Part shown: positions 19,712 to 31,278 of the stretch, in pieces
How the letters are laid out: each line of letters begins with the position of its first letter
Position numbering within the stretch: position 1 is the first letter of the stretch
From: Alphaproteobacteria bacterium
GTDB lineage: Bacteria; Pseudomonadota; Alphaproteobacteria; UBA828
Length of the DNA: 64,000 nt
Direction: 5' to 3'
NCBI GenBank assembly: GCA_963422645.2
Contig: CAXXVO010000006.1
Span: 64,001 to 128,000 of the forward strand
The notes under the pieces: generated by a model
Told to the model about the DNA's origin: nothing
Databases searched by the model: none
What the model saw: only the letters and a program-made list of their open reading frames with translations
Position numbers and translations under genes: made by a program

Positions 19712-21757
19712 TCACAGCGCACGGCCGAGCTCCTCGCCTTCATACATGGATTGGACCGGACGGCGGGGCGCGAGCACGTCTCCGACCCGGTGCAGCTCGA
19801 CGACACGCCCTTCGAGCGCCCGATAGAGTGCGTCGTTGGGCGAACGCAGCATCGAGATAACGACGGTATCCACCCCCTCGATCACGTGCGGCTGCCCGCC
19901 CCAGATCGAGCGCACGTGGACCCTGTCGCCCTCGATCTTGTCCACGTTCGTGTGGGTGCTGCAGACCACACCCGCCTCCTCCAGGCGCGGCATCACGAAC
20001 GAGAGATCGAGGGTGCGCATGACATCCTCGCCCACCATGGCGCGCGGCGTCACGATTTCGACCTCGACGCCGCCGGTCGCCAGTATTTCGGCGAGCCCGA
20101 GCGGCAGATAGAAGCCGGTCTCCTCCAGGATCACGAGCCGTTGCCCGAGCGCGCCCGCATCCGCCAGCGCCCGCTCGGTCGCCGTGCCGACGTCGACGAC
20201 GTTCTTCTGCTCGGTCCCGGCGAGGCGCGCCTGTCCCGGACGAAACTGGCTGCGGCCGTCGCAGTCCCAACGCGATCCGGTGGCGACGACCACGGTGTCG
20301 GGTTTTTCCCGTTCAATCAGGTCAGGCGTCGCCTCCTCGCCGAGTCTCACCTCTACGCCGGCGACCTCCATGGCACGCGCCAGATTGTCGATGGCGGTGC
20401 CCCATTCCTTGCGCGTCGGCAGCGCCATCAGCAGGTTCAGGTGGCCGCCGAGGCGCTTTTCACGCTCCAGCAACGTCACCCTATGGCCGCGGCTCCCGGC
20501 GACCGCAGCGGTCTTCATCCCGGCGAGGCCGCCCCCGACGACGAGGATGTTTTTCGCCGCCTCCGGTGCCACCGGCTGCAGCGTGTCACTCCCCCACCGC
20601 GCCTCCCGGCCGACGCTCGGATTGACTGCGCAGGTAACCGGCTTGTTATCGAAGAGGCGCGCGACGCACTCATTGGCGCCCATGCATCGGCGGATTTCCT
20701 TCTGGCGGCCCTCGCGGGTCTTCTTCACCAGGTGCGGCTCGGCCATCTGCGCGCGGGTCATGGCGACCATGTCGGTGTCGCCGTCGGCGATTGCCTGCTC
20801 CGCCTGGTGCAGGTCGATGACTCGGCCGACGACAAAGATCTTGGCCCGGTTGCCCACCACGGCCTTGGCGCGCTTCGCAAAGGGGAGCATGAAGCCGTTC
20901 TTCACATCCATCGGCGCGACGGCGTGGTGCAAGGTGTAATAGCCGCCGCCGGAGATGTTGAAGAAATCGAAGAGCCCGGTGGTCGAGAGAATCTCCAGCT
21001 GCTCCTCGGCCTGGTCCGGCGTGATTCCGACCTCACCCAGGAACTCGTCGAAGGAGAGCCGGACGCCGACCGTGAACCCGTCGCCGACCTGCGCGCGCAC
21101 CGACTCGCCGATCTCGAGCAGGATCTGGCAGCGGTTGCGCACCGAGCCGCCGTATCGGTCGGTGCGGTCGTTGTGGAGAGGGCTCAGGAACTGGCCCAAC
21201 AGGTAGCTGTGCGCGGCATGCAGCTCCACCCCATCGCAGCCCGCGACCTTGACGTTGAGCGCCGCTTCCCCGAACTCCCTGACCACGTCGTCGATGTGCT
21301 CTTGCTCCATCACCAGTGGGATTTCGTGGTGAACGATCGAAGGCAGCTTGGAGACACCCCAGAGCGGGTGCCACTCGTCCATGATCATCGTGCCCTTGTC
21401 GTGGACGCCGCAGCCGAAGAGCTGGACGAACTGCCGCGCGCCGTGCTCGTGCACCGCGTCCGCGAGCTTGGCGTACTGGGGGATGGCACGTTTTTCCCAG
21501 GCAGAGCAGCCTTCGACGAACGAGCCCTTGCCGATCCGGTGACCGGCCTGCTGCTCGGTGATGAAGAGCGCCGCGCCGCCCTTCGCGCGCTCCCGGAAGA
21601 ACTCGATGTGCCGGTCGCCGAGGATGTTGTCCTTGCCGAATAGCGTGGTCTGGGCGGTCATCATGATCCGGTTCTTCACACGCGTAGAGCCGATCTCCAG
21701 CGGCTCCCAGACCAGACGAAGCTCGGATCCGTTTCCCTCGGCTGCCGTTGCGCTCAT
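19712..21757 (-). CDS. NADH:flavin oxidoreductase (OYE plus Rossmann domain, TMADH/DCR-like)
   Basis: KNRIMM, ELHAAHSYLLGQFLSP..N.RTDRYGGS, C..ANEC...C.VNP, VVGGGLAG. Confidence 0.9.
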   Translation of the reverse strand: MSATAAEGNGSELRLVWEPLEIGSTRVKNRIMMTAQTTLFGKDNILGDRHIEFFRERAKGGAALFITEQQAGHRIGKGSFVEGCSAWEKRAIPQYAKLADAVHEHGARQFVQLFGCGVHDKGTMIMDEWHPLWGVSKLPSIVHHEIPLVMEQEHIDDVVREFGEAALNVKVAGCDGVELHAAHSYLLGQFLSPLHNDRTDRYGGSVRNRCQILLEIGESVRAQVGDGFTVGVRLSFDEFLGEVGITPDQAEEQLEILSTTGLFDFFNISGGGYYTLHHAVAPMDVKNGFMLPFAKRAKAVVGNRAKIFVVGRVIDLHQAEQAIADGDTDMVAMTRAQMAEPHLVKKTREGRQKEIRRCMGANECVARLFDNKPVTCAVNPSVGREARWGSDTLQPVAPEAAKNILVVGGGLAGMKTAAVAGSRGHRVTLLEREKRLGGHLNLLMALPTRKEWGTAIDNLARAMEVAGVEVRLGEEATPDLIEREKPDTVVVATGSRWDCDGRSQFRPGQARLAGTEQKNVVDVGTATERALADAGALGQRLVILEETGFYLPLGLAEILATGGVEVEIVTPRAMVGEDVMRTLDLSFVMPRLEEAGVVCSTHTNVDKIEGDRVHVRSIWGGQPHVIEGVDTVVISMLRSPNDALYRALEGRVVELHRVGDVLAPRRPVQSMYEGEELGRAL

Positions 21758-21865
21758 TCGTCCCCTCCTGAATTTGGTAGCCGGGATAGTACACTGCCCC
21801 TTCCCGGAAGGCTCACGCTGCGCCGGACCGCGCGCGGCGGGGGCAAGCAGGCACGCAGAGGTAAG

Positions 21866-23371
21866 ATGAGCGACGCGCTCCAGGCCGATGTCGTGGTCGT
21901 GGGCGGCGGCAACGCCGCGCTCACGGCAGCGCTCGCCGCGGCGGAGGCCGGCGCCAGCGTGCGGCTGCTTGAGGCCGCGCCAGAGGCCGAGCGGGGCGGC
22001 AACAGCACCTATACCGCAGGCGCCATGCGGGTGGTCTTCGACGGGCCCGAGGCCCTCAACGCGCTGATGCCCGACCTCTCCGAGCGCGAGCTGGCCGAGA
22101 CCGATTTCGGCACCTACACCGAGGCCGACTATTACGACGACATGGCGCGGCTGACCCAGTACCGCGCCGACCCCGACCTCGTGGAGCGGCTCGTCACCCG
22201 CAGCCACGCCACGCTCGTCTGGCTGCGCGAGAAGGGCGTGCGCTTTCAGCCGAGCTACGGCCGCCAGGCATTCAAGCGGGAGGACGGACGCTTTCGCTTC
22301 TGGGGCGGGCTCGCGGTCGAAGCCTGGGGCGGCGGGCCGGGCCTCGTCGCGGCGCTCTACGAGAGTGCCCAGGATTCTGGCGTGGCTATTCACTACGCAG
22401 CCGAGGCTCGCTCGCTTCTCGCGGACGACGACGGCGTGCGCGGCGTGATCGCACGCATCGGCGGGCGCACGGTCGAGGTCCGCGCGCAGGCGGTGGTATT
22501 GGCCTGTGGCGGATTCGAGGCCAATGCCGCGTGGCGGGCGCGTTATCTCGGACCCGGCTGGGACCTCGCCAAGGTGCGGGGAACCCGCTTCAACCAGGGC
22601 GACGGCATTCGCATGGCGCTGGAGGCAGGCGCCAAGCCGGCCGGCAACTGGTCGGGCTGCCACGCGGTCGCCTGGGACCGTAACGCGCCCGAATTCGGCG
22701 ACCTCGCCGTCGGCGACGGCTTCCAGAAGCACAGCTACCCCTTCTCGATCGTCGTCAACGCATTAGGCGAGCGCTTCGTCGACGAGGGCGCGGACTTCCG
22801 CAACTACACCTACGCCGCCTACGGCCGCCGGGTGCTGGAGCAGCCCGGTCAGGTGGCGTGGCAGGTCTTCGACGCGCAGGTGACCCACCTGCTGCGCGAC
22901 GAGTACCGCATCCGCCAGGTCACCAAAGCGAAGGCCGATACGCTGGAAGACCTTGCGGCGCGCATGGAGGGCATCGACGGCGCGCGCTTCCTTGAAACCG
23001 TGCGGGCGTACAACGACGCCGTGATGACGGAGGTTCCCTTCGACCCGACCGTGAAGGACGGCCGCGGCACCCGGGGCATCGCTCCGCCCAAGTCCAACTG
23101 GGCCAACCGGATCGAGACTCCGCCCTTCGAGGCCTATGCCGTCACCTGCGGCATCACCTTCACCTTCGGCGGGCTCGCCATCGACCCCGGCGCCCGGGTG
23201 CAGGCTGTCTCCGGCGCGCCGATCCCCGGCCTTTTCGCTGCAGGCGAGCTGGTCGGCGGGCTCTTCTACGGTAACTATCCGGGCGGCACCGGCCTGGTCT
23301 CTGGCGCGGTCTTCGGCCGCCTCGCCGGCGTCGGCGCCGCCCAATTCGCGAAGGAGGGAACGGCCCTGTGA
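21866..23371 (+). CDS. tcuA: FAD-dependent tricarballylate dehydrogenase TcuA family
   Basis: VVGGGNAA, RGGNS.YTAGA, LACGGFEAN, GITFTFGGL, NYPGGTGL. Confidence 0.8.
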   Translation: MSDALQADVVVVGGGNAALTAALAAAEAGASVRLLEAAPEAERGGNSTYTAGAMRVVFDGPEALNALMPDLSERELAETDFGTYTEADYYDDMARLTQYRADPDLVERLVTRSHATLVWLREKGVRFQPSYGRQAFKREDGRFRFWGGLAVEAWGGGPGLVAALYESAQDSGVAIHYAAEARSLLADDDGVRGVIARIGGRTVEVRAQAVVLACGGFEANAAWRARYLGPGWDLAKVRGTRFNQGDGIRMALEAGAKPAGNWSGCHAVAWDRNAPEFGDLAVGDGFQKHSYPFSIVVNALGERFVDEGADFRNYTYAAYGRRVLEQPGQVAWQVFDAQVTHLLRDEYRIRQVTKAKADTLEDLAARMEGIDGARFLETVRAYNDAVMTEVPFDPTVKDGRGTRGIAPPKSNWANRIETPPFEAYAVTCGITFTFGGLAIDPGARVQAVSGAPIPGLFAAGELVGGLFYGNYPGGTGLVSGAVFGRLAGVGAAQFAKEGTAL

Positions 23372-24281
23372 GCGCCGAGCGCATCGGCTTCATCGGCACG
23401 GGCGTCATGGGCGAGCCCATGTGCCGCAACCTCGTGTGCAAGCACGACGGACCAGTCACCGCCTACGACCTCGACCCGGCACCGCTGGAGCGGCTCGCCG
23501 CCGATGGAGCGGGGATCGCGCCCTCCATCGCGGCGCTCGCCCAGGCCGCCGATCTGATCTTTCTGTCGCTCCCCTCGGGCCACGAGGTGCGGGCGGTCTG
23601 CCTCCGCGACGGCGGCCTGATCAAGCACGTCGGCGCCGGGCGCACCGTCGTCGATACAAGCACCGCGCCGCCCGCGCTCGCCCGCGAGTTCGAAAGCGCC
23701 TTCGCCGCGCGGGGGGCATCGCCTTCGCCGACGCGCCGATCGCGCGCACGCGCCAGGCCGCCATCGACGGCACGCTCAGCATCATGGTGGGAGGCGATGC
23801 TACGCTGGTGGAGCGACTGCGCCCCTTACTCGCCCACATCGCGCAGGACGTGACACACTGCGGCCCGGTCGGCAGCGGGCAGGCGGTAAAGATCCTGAAC
23901 AACATGATCCTCTTCCAGAACGTCCGGGCACTGGCCGAGGGCCTCGCGATCGCGCGCCGGCAGGGGATCGAGCCGCAGACCTTCCTAGAGGCGGTGGGCC
24001 GCAGCTCGGGCGACAGTTTTGCGCTGCGCAACCACGGCATGAAGGCGATGCTGGCGGAGCGCTACCCCGAGGGCGCTTTTCCGCTGACCTATGCGATGAA
24101 GGACCTCGACTACGCTCTTGATCTCGCCGAGGAATCGGGACTCGACGCCGAGGGCGCGGCGCTGATCAAAGCCTTATTCACCGAAGCCATCGAGCGCGGT
24201 CTCGGCGCGCGCTACCATCCCGTAATCGCAACCCTGATCGACCGCACGCGCCCGACCCAGCCGGAGGAAGAAACACCATGA
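23368..24281 (+). CDS. 3-hydroxyisobutyrate dehydrogenase-family NAD(P) oxidoreductase (frameshift in G-run 23711-23716)
   Basis: IGFIGTGVMG in one frame; FADAPIAR...GSGQAVKILNN in the other. Confidence 0.82.
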
Positions 24282-24934
24282 CCCAGGTTCCCGACACGCT
24301 TCTCGCGAAGACACGTGCCGAACTCTCCACCGCGCAATTGGGGGACGTGCTGGACACTCTCGACCGCCGCCATCAGTTCCTGCCGCCCGAAATCTGTTCG
24401 GCCACGCCCGGCGCCACGCTGGTCGGCCGGGCGATGCCGCTGCTGGAGATCGCGGCGACGCCGGACGATCACAGCTTCGGCCTGATGTTCGAGGCCCTCG
24501 ACTCCCTCGGGAAGGACGAAGTGTACGTCGCCGCCGCCGGCGCGCCGCCCTTCGCGCTGTGGGGCGAGCTGATGACCACGCGCGCGCTGGCGCAGGGCGC
24601 GTCGGGTGCCGTTCTCGACGGTTATATGCGCGATACGCGGGAGATCCGCGCCATGACGCTGCCGGTCTTCGCGCGCGGCTCCTACGCGCAGGATCAGCGC
24701 GGACGGGGCCGTGTGGTCGCCTATCGGGAGCCGGTTCGCATCGCCGAAGTCGCCGTCCGGCCCGGAGACCTGATCGTGGGCGACGACGACGGCGTGCTCG
24801 TGGTCCCGAGCGACGTCGCAGCCGAATGCGTGGAGAAAGCGCTGGAGAAGCGCCGCATGGAAAACGTCATCGCCCAGGAGATCGAGGCCGGCCTCTCCAC
24901 CACCGAGGCGTGGGAGAAATACGGCGTCATGTAA
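24278..24934 (+). CDS. RraA / HMG-aldolase family protein
   Basis: ALWGELM, GAVLDGYMRD, PGDLIVGDDDGV. Confidence 0.85.
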   Translation: MTQVPDTLLAKTRAELSTAQLGDVLDTLDRRHQFLPPEICSATPGATLVGRAMPLLEIAATPDDHSFGLMFEALDSLGKDEVYVAAAGAPPFALWGELMTTRALAQGASGAVLDGYMRDTREIRAMTLPVFARGSYAQDQRGRGRVVAYREPVRIAEVAVRPGDLIVGDDDGVLVVPSDVAAECVEKALEKRRMENVIAQEIEAGLSTTEAWEKYGVM

Positions 24935-24961
24935 GGCCTCGGCCGGCGATTGAAGGGCGCT

Positions 24962-25999
24962 TTAGCGGAAGAGCGTCTCGAACTCGGTTGCGGCGGTATC
25001 CCAGCTTCGGCTCCGGGCGCTTCGACGGGCGATCTTGCTTGTGGCCTCGAAGGCGTCGTCGTCTTTCAACATGGCCAGAGCGTTCTCCACGAAGGCATCG
25101 TCGTCGGGCGCGAGAAAGCCCGATTGACGATCGGTGAATCGCTCTTTCACGGCACCGACCGGCCGGGCCACCGCCGGCAAGCCCACGGCCTGCGATTCGG
25201 CCAGCGTCGAGCAATACATCTCGCGTTCGGAGCCGGGATAGAGGTGCACTCGGGCCCTGGCGTAGGCCTTCGCCATGTCCCGGTCGCCGCCGGGCGCCAT
25301 GATCGTCACCCCGTGATCGGCGCCTGCGCTCGCCTTCTCGTAAATCGGCTTGAGATCGTCGGCGCGCGTGTCACCGGCGGTCTGGGCGCGCTTGAAGCCA
25401 GCCGAGTAGATCTGCAACTGGGCGTTCGGCGCCTGCGGGCGGATCCGCTCGATCCACAGGTCGAGCAGCCAATCGAGATCGTGCTTGGGGTGGGTCGTGA
25501 CCACTGCGGTCGGCGGCTCCTCCGGCGACATCTCCTCGTTGCTGCGGTATTCCTCGCGCACACCCGGCGCGATCGAGCGGTAGTAGACCAAGTCCTCGCC
25601 CTGGGTCCGATAGGCTTCGGAATGGGTATTGCCCTGGAACACCACCTTGGCGTCGGTGCGGTTCAGCACCTCGTGAACCTGCGGCCGGTGGAGATAATCC
25701 GGCGGTCCGGTGACCCAAAGAATGCGCGCGCGGGTCGCTCGCGTGAACTCAAGCAGCGCCGGCTTGCGAAATGCGATCAGCACCTCGGAGATCGGCGGCT
25801 TGCGACCTTCCCAGTGAATCCAGCTTACGTTCTCGAAACTCAGGCTGTTCGGGCTCCGATTGACTGCGCGCACGACATGGCCCTGGCGCGCGAGTGCCGC
25901 CGGCAGGCTGGCAAACGCCTTCTCGGCGCCTCCAATCGGTTGATATGCGGGGGTCATCCCGTTGAATGGGATAGAGTCGTCGACCAAGGTGACAAGCAT
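24962..25999 (-). CDS. GT4-family glycosyltransferase
   Basis: GGAEKA N-terminal motif; EMYCSTLAESQAVGLP E-x7-E motif. Confidence 0.8.
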   Translation of the reverse strand: MLVTLVDDSIPFNGMTPAYQPIGGAEKAFASLPAALARQGHVVRAVNRSPNSLSFENVSWIHWEGRKPPISEVLIAFRKPALLEFTRATRARILWVTGPPDYLHRPQVHEVLNRTDAKVVFQGNTHSEAYRTQGEDLVYYRSIAPGVREEYRSNEEMSPEEPPTAVVTTHPKHDLDWLLDLWIERIRPQAPNAQLQIYSAGFKRAQTAGDTRADDLKPIYEKASAGADHGVTIMAPGGDRDMAKAYARARVHLYPGSEREMYCSTLAESQAVGLPAVARPVGAVKERFTDRQSGFLAPDDDAFVENALAMLKDDDAFEATSKIARRSARSRSWDTAATEFETLFR

Positions 26000-26100
26000 G
26001 CGTCGGCTTATAGCCCTGCCCGCATGGCTTGCCAAGCAAGCCCCACACTGGCCGGACCGAGCTGGATGGGCGAGGATCGGCCTGGACCGATGAGAGGACG

Positions 26101-27447
26101 ATGACCACGACCGGAGCGAGCGAAAAGGCCGGGCCAGAACTGCCGAAGTGCCCGAGCGTGGAGGAGATTGCGGCCGGGGTCCACGCCGGTCGCGAGAGCG
26201 CGGCGGCAGCCTGCGACGCGGCTCTGGGCCGCATCGCCGAGACCGAATCGCGGGTTCACGCGTGGCACTATCTCGACGCCGCCGAAGCTTCAGCGCGGGC
26301 ACAGGCGATCGACGATGCCGGCCCGCGCGGCGTGTTTGCCGGCGTTCCCGTCGGCATCAAGGACATCATCGATACCGCTGATCAACCGACCGAGAACGGC
26401 ACCCCGCTCGACGAAGGACACAGGCCAGGCGCGGACGCCACGGTCGTGCGCCGCCTGCGCGCGGCGGGCGCGCTGATCCTCGGCAAGACCGTGACCACCG
26501 AGCTTGCCTGCGGTGCCGCCAACGCCACCCGCAACCCCCACGACCCCGCGCGCACGCCAGGCGGCTCGTCCTCGGGCTCGGCAGCCACGGTGGCGGCCGG
26601 CGGCGTGCCGCTCGCCCTCGGCACCCAGACCGCGGGCTCGGTGGTGCGGCCCGCCGCCTTCTGCGGCGTCTGGGGCATGAAGCCGAGCTTCGGCACGATC
26701 CCACGCACCGGGATCACGCGATTGTCGCGCACGCTCGATCATGCGGGCGTACTCGCGGGCTCTGTGCAGGACGTGGCGCTCGGCATCGACATCATCTCCG
26801 GCGACGACGGGTTGGATCAGGCGAGTGCCGGAGGGGCGCCGACCCGCCTCGCCGCTGCCCTCGCGCTCCCGCTCGGGCGGCCCCGGCTGGCCTTCATCAA
26901 ACAACCGGCCTGGGAGGAGGTCGGGCCGGGCGCCGCGGCAGCCCTTGAGGCCGCGGCGGGAGCGTGCGGCGCGGAGCCGCTCACCCTGAGCTCTTCCTTC
27001 GACGAGGCGGGGGCGGTACATATTGGAATCATGCGGCGCGAGGTCGCCCACGCGCTTGCGCCCTGGTACGAGCGCGGCGCGGCAGACCTTTCCCAAACCA
27101 TACGCAAGCATATCGAAGCGGGCCGGGAGATCGACGCCGACAACTATCTCGCCCTGCTCGACGCAGCCGACGCGATGCGGCGCGCCTTCGAACACGCGAT
27201 GCGGCCCTACGATGCGGCGCTGACCCTTGCCGCGCCGGGTGCCGCGCCCGAGGGCCTGGCCTTCACCGGCAGCCGCGCCCAGACCATGCTCTGGACCATG
27301 CTCGGCGTGCCTGCGGTCAACGTTCCCGTCCTGTCCGTGGATGGGCTGCCGCTCGGCCTTCAGGTCGTGGGGCGCTTCGGCGCCGATGCGACGACGCTGC
27401 GCGCGGCGGCCTGGTGTGCCGGCCGCTTGCAGGAGGCACGCCAGTGA
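26101..27447 (+). CDS. Amidase signature-family enzyme
   Basis: GIKDII, TPGGSSSGSAA, GTQTAGSVVRPA. Confidence 0.9.
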   Translation: MTTTGASEKAGPELPKCPSVEEIAAGVHAGRESAAAACDAALGRIAETESRVHAWHYLDAAEASARAQAIDDAGPRGVFAGVPVGIKDIIDTADQPTENGTPLDEGHRPGADATVVRRLRAAGALILGKTVTTELACGAANATRNPHDPARTPGGSSSGSAATVAAGGVPLALGTQTAGSVVRPAAFCGVWGMKPSFGTIPRTGITRLSRTLDHAGVLAGSVQDVALGIDIISGDDGLDQASAGGAPTRLAAALALPLGRPRLAFIKQPAWEEVGPGAAAALEAAAGACGAEPLTLSSSFDEAGAVHIGIMRREVAHALAPWYERGAADLSQTIRKHIEAGREIDADNYLALLDAADAMRRAFEHAMRPYDAALTLAAPGAAPEGLAFTGSRAQTMLWTMLGVPAVNVPVLSVDGLPLGLQVVGRFGADATTLRAAAWCAGRLQEARQ

Positions 27448-27486
27448 GCGCACCATTGGGCGCGCCATAGCGCCGGGACGCAAAGC

Positions 27487-28111
27487 ATGACGCAATTTCA
27501 CTTCGCCCACGCCGGTGGGTCCAGCGGCGAAGCCGCCATCGAGGCCTGCATCGAGCGGCTGGGCCCCACGCTGCCGCAGCAGGGCCTCGGCATGCTCTAT
27601 GTGACCGATGCGATTGGCGATCACCTGCCGGCCGCTCTAGACCGGCTCAAGCGCGCGACTGGCATCGACGAGTGGGTGGGCTCGGTCGGCATCGGCATCT
27701 GCGCCACCGGGCGGGAGTATTTCGACGAGCCAGCCGCCGCGGTCATGATCGCCGACCTCGACCCGGCCAGCTACCGGGTGTTCGAGACCATCCGCGACGA
27801 CCTCGGCGAGTTCAGCCGTGACAACGGCACCTGGATCGCTCGCGCTCCGGCACGGTTTGGCATCGTGCACGCCGACCCGCGCAACCAACGCACGGGCGAC
27901 ATCGTTGCCGACCTCGCCGAGGAGCTCGACGGCTTCCTGGTCGGCGGCCTCTCGTCGTCGCGGGCGGTGCCCGCGCAGATTGCGGGCGCGGTTACCGAGG
28001 GCGGGGTCTCCGGCGTCCTGTTGTCGGAGACCGTCACCGTCGCCACCGCGCTCAGCCAGAGCTGCATGCCGATCGGCCCGAGCCACGAGATTACCGATTG
28101 CCGGGCCAACA
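27487..28111 (+). pseudogene. FIST signal-transduction protein, 5' part (interrupted by composite IS-A)
   Basis: FIST-N motifs; rejoins 34872 in frame after removing insert and one ACA (..DCRANILIELDG..). Confidence 0.88.
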
Positions 28112-28228
28112 TCAGACTTCCTGACCTCGTGATGCTGGCTGTTCTGGGCAGCGTGCCGGGAACTCCTTGAATTCTGATACATTTCGGTTGTTTCAGGCGG
28201 TTTTTCGCTGGGTGTCGCGCCCGAGGTC

Positions 28229-28240
28229 TGATATTATAAT
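28229..28240 (+). promoter_or_regulatory. Putative -10 box of the IS-A transposase promoter
   Basis: TGATATTATAAT (extended -10 / TATAAT) about 26 nt before the transposase ATG in an AT-rich patch; present in all IS-A left ends. Confidence 0.4.
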
Positions 28241-28443
28241 TTGATACCAATTGCACGGTCTCAACCATGCCCAGTACCCTCCCAATGTGCCCTCCAGAGG
28301 CGGTCTCGATCGGCAACAGCTGCTTGTTGTTAAGCGTGGAAAAGTGACCCCCTATTGGGGGTGATCGGCGTCCAAAATTGACCCCCTTGGATTTGTGTCC
28401 ATGAACACACCTCGTCGTTTGGACGGACGGGGTGGTGGGGGAG

Positions 28444-29958
28444 ATGCTGGTTGTGGAAACGATCGCGAAGATCCGTCGGGATCATCTGGTGAAGGGCGTT
28501 CCGATCAAGAAGCTCGCCCGGGATTTGAGGGTTTCCAAGAACACGATACGCAAGGTGGTGCGGGGCGATGCGACCTCGCACAGCTACGAGCGCAAGATCC
28601 AGCCGATGCCGAAGCTTGGGCTGTGGGTGGAGGAGCTTGAGCGCCAGCTGAAGGCCAACGAGAAGAAGGCACGCAAGGATCGGCTGTCTCTTCTGCGGAT
28701 TCATGAAGACCTTGTGTCGCTGGGCTACAAGGGCGGCTATGACGCGGTTCGCCGCTATGCCAGGGCCTGGCGGCGCCGGTGGCGGCTGTTGTCGCCGGCG
28801 CAGGCCTATGTGCCGCTGATCTTCGATCCCGGCGAGGCCTACCAGTTCGACTGGAGCCACGAGTACGCGCGTCTGTCGGGCGCGACGACCAGGGTGAAGG
28901 CGGCGCACATGCGGCTGTGCCACAGCCGGATGTATCTGGTCCAGATCTTTCCCCGCGAGAGCCAGGAGATGGTCTTCGAGGCGCACGAGCGTGCCTTCCG
29001 CTTCTTCGGCGGGGTCTGCCGGCGGGGCATCTACGACAACATGAAGACGGCGGTGAGCACGATCTTCGTGGGCAAGAAGCGGGACTACAACCGCCGCTTC
29101 CAGGAGCTGTGCTCGCACCATCTGGTGGAGCCTGTGGCGTGCACGCCAGGGGCTGGCTGGGAGAAGGGGCAGGTCGAGAAGCAGGTGGGTGACCTTCGCG
29201 GCCGCCTGTTCGTGCCCATCCCGCGGGGCCGCTCCTACGCCGAGATCAACGAGTGGCTGATGGATCGGTGCATCGAGGACGCCAAGAAGCATCCGCATCC
29301 GACAATCCCGGGCAAGACGGTGTGGCAGGTGTTCGAGGAGGAGCAGCCCTTCCTGATGGCGTATCGCGGCCCCTTCGACGGCTTCCATGCCAGCGAGGTG
29401 TCGGTCTCGAAGACCTGTCTGGTGCGCTTCGACAACAACCAGTACAGCGTCGCGGCCCGCGCCGTCGGCCGGCCGGTGGACGTGCGGGCCTATGCCGATC
29501 GGATCGTCATCCGCCAGGACGGCGAGACCGTTGCCGAGCACCCCCGCAGCTTCGGGCGCGGCCGGTTCGTCTACGATCCGTGGCATTACGTGCCGATCCT
29601 GACGCGGAAGCCCGGCGCGCTACGCAATGGCGCGCCCTTCAAGGACTGGCAGTTGCCCAACGCGCTCGGCCGCCTGCGAACCCGGCTCGCGGGCCACGAC
29701 GACGGCGACCGGCAGTTCGTCAAGGTGCTCGCGGCGGTGCTGGAGGACGGACTGGAGGCGGTTGAGGCGGCCTGTGCCGAGACGCTCGACTGCGGTGCCT
29801 GCAGCGCCGACGTGGTGCTCAACATCCTCGCCCGGCAGCGCCAGCCGGCACCGCCGGCAATCATCCCGACGCCCGAGGGCCTGCAGCTTCGCCACAAGCC
29901 GGTAGCCGACTGTCAGCGCTACGACAGCCTGAGGGAGGCCGGTCATGGAGCGTCATGA
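28444..29958 (+). CDS. istA: IS21 transposase
   Basis: [20 protein letters not shown]. Confidence 0.95.
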   Translation: MLVVETIAKIRRDHLVKGVPIKKLARDLRVSKNTIRKVVRGDATSHSYERKIQPMPKLGLWVEELERQLKANEKKARKDRLSLLRIHEDLVSLGYKGGYDAVRRYARAWRRRWRLLSPAQAYVPLIFDPGEAYQFDWSHEYARLSGATTRVKAAHMRLCHSRMYLVQIFPRESQEMVFEAHERAFRFFGGVCRRGIYDNMKTAVSTIFVGKKRDYNRRFQELCSHHLVEPVACTPGAGWEKGQVEKQVGDLRGRLFVPIPRGRSYAEINEWLMDRCIEDAKKHPHPTIPGKTVWQVFEEEQPFLMAYRGPFDGFHASEVSVSKTCLVRFDNNQYSVAARAVGRPVDVRAYADRIVIRQDGETVAEHPRSFGRGRFVYDPWHYVPILTRKPGALRNGAPFKDWQLPNALGRLRTRLAGHDDGDRQFVKVLAAVLEDGLEAVEAACAETLDCGACSADVVLNILARQRQPAPPAIIPTPEGLQLRHKPVADCQRYDSLREAGHGAS

Positions 29959-30673
29959 TGTGCTGGAGATGATGACCCAGCTGAAGCTCGCAGGTATGCG
30001 CGCCGCTTACGACGACATCCTTGCCGACGGGCTCAAGCGCCGCCATCCGGTGCAACAGATCATCGGTACGCTGCTGCAGGTCGAGATCGCCGACAAGAGG
30101 GCCCGCTCGATCAAGTACCAGATGGCCTCCGCCAAGCTGCCGACGGTCAAGGAGCTGGCCGACTTCGACTTCGCCGCCTCGCCGGTCAACGAGCCCCTGA
30201 TCCAGGAGCTCGCCGGCGGCGGCTTCCTCGAGGGCAAACGCAACATCGTGCTGGTCGGCGGCACCGGTACCGGCAAGACCCATCTCGCCGTCGCCATCGC
30301 GCGGTCCTGCATCCGCAAGGGCGCGCGCGGCCGGTGCTACAACGTCGTCGACCTGGTCAACCTCCTCGAGGCCGAGCTTCGCGCCGGACGCCAGGGCCGC
30401 ACTGCAGACCAGCTCGTCCGCCGCGACTTCGTCATCCTCGACGAGCTCGGCTACCTGCCCTTCGCCCAGGCCGGTGGGCAGCTGCTCTTCCATCTGATGA
30501 GCCGGCTCTACGAGCGCACCTCGATCGTCATCACCACAAACCTCGCCTTCGGCGAATGGCCATCCGTCTTCGGCGACCCCAAGATGACCACAGCGCTGCT
30601 CGATCGCCTCACCCATCATTGCGAGATCATCGAGACCGGCAACGAGAGCTGGCGCTTCAAGAACCGCTCCTGA
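29945..30673 (+). CDS. istB: IS21 helper AAA+ ATPase
   Basis: [27 protein letters not shown]. Confidence 0.95.
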   Translation: MERHDVLEMMTQLKLAGMRAAYDDILADGLKRRHPVQQIIGTLLQVEIADKRARSIKYQMASAKLPTVKELADFDFAASPVNEPLIQELAGGGFLEGKRNIVLVGGTGTGKTHLAVAIARSCIRKGARGRCYNVVDLVNLLEAELRAGRQGRTADQLVRRDFVILDELGYLPFAQAGGQLLFHLMSRLYERTSIVITTNLAFGEWPSVFGDPKMTTALLDRLTHHCEIIETGNESWRFKNRS

Positions 30674-30875
30674 CCCGCCGCCGGCCTCCCTTGCGGCCCG
30701 GTTGCCCCGGTGGGCCAACAGGGACCCCCCACGCGGCTTCGCTCCGCGTAGCGCAGGGCGCCACACGAAGCCGCGCGGGTCCCCCCTATTGGCTACCGGG
30801 ACAACCTCCGCCGTGCCACTCAGGGGGGTCAATTTTGCACGCCGATCGGGGGTCAGTATTGAAAGCCGATTGACA

Positions 30876-31275
30876 CCTCAAGATGCGCCAGAGGCTGTGG
30901 ACCGAGATCCTGCGCCGGGCCGCAGACTACGCCATCGCCCGCAGGCTCGACCCCTCCGGCGCATCATGGCCCGATCCCGCAGACCCCGCCCTCGCCGTCT
31001 CCGTCGAATGGCCCGAGATGGTGGTCGCCGACGCCTCCCGACACGCCGCCGCGCTCGCCCAGACCGCAGGCGCCGCGGCGCTGGCCATCGAGCGCGGCCT
31101 GCTCTCGGACGCCACCGCGCTCCGCGTCATCGCCGCCGTCGCCGGGCGCCTCGGCGTCGAGATCGACGCCGACGCCGAACTCGAGGCGGCGCGCGAAGAC
31201 GCCGCCGGACGGGCCGAAGAAGACGCCTTCCGCGAGCCCCCGCAGGACGAGGACGCCGACGACGGCGAGGCGTAG
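30876..31275 (+). pseudogene. Probable phage portal protein C-terminal fragment, truncated by IS21
   Basis: Open frame begins at the IS21 end; lies directly before a head-morphogenesis gene; acidic tail. Confidence 0.5.
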
Positions 31276-31278
31276 CAC

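Larger units (their letters stand above)
28325..30875 (+). mobile_element. IS21-family element
   Basis: TGT...ACA ends with repeated TGACCCC subterminal motifs; istA/istB; flanks not duplicated. Confidence 0.92.
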
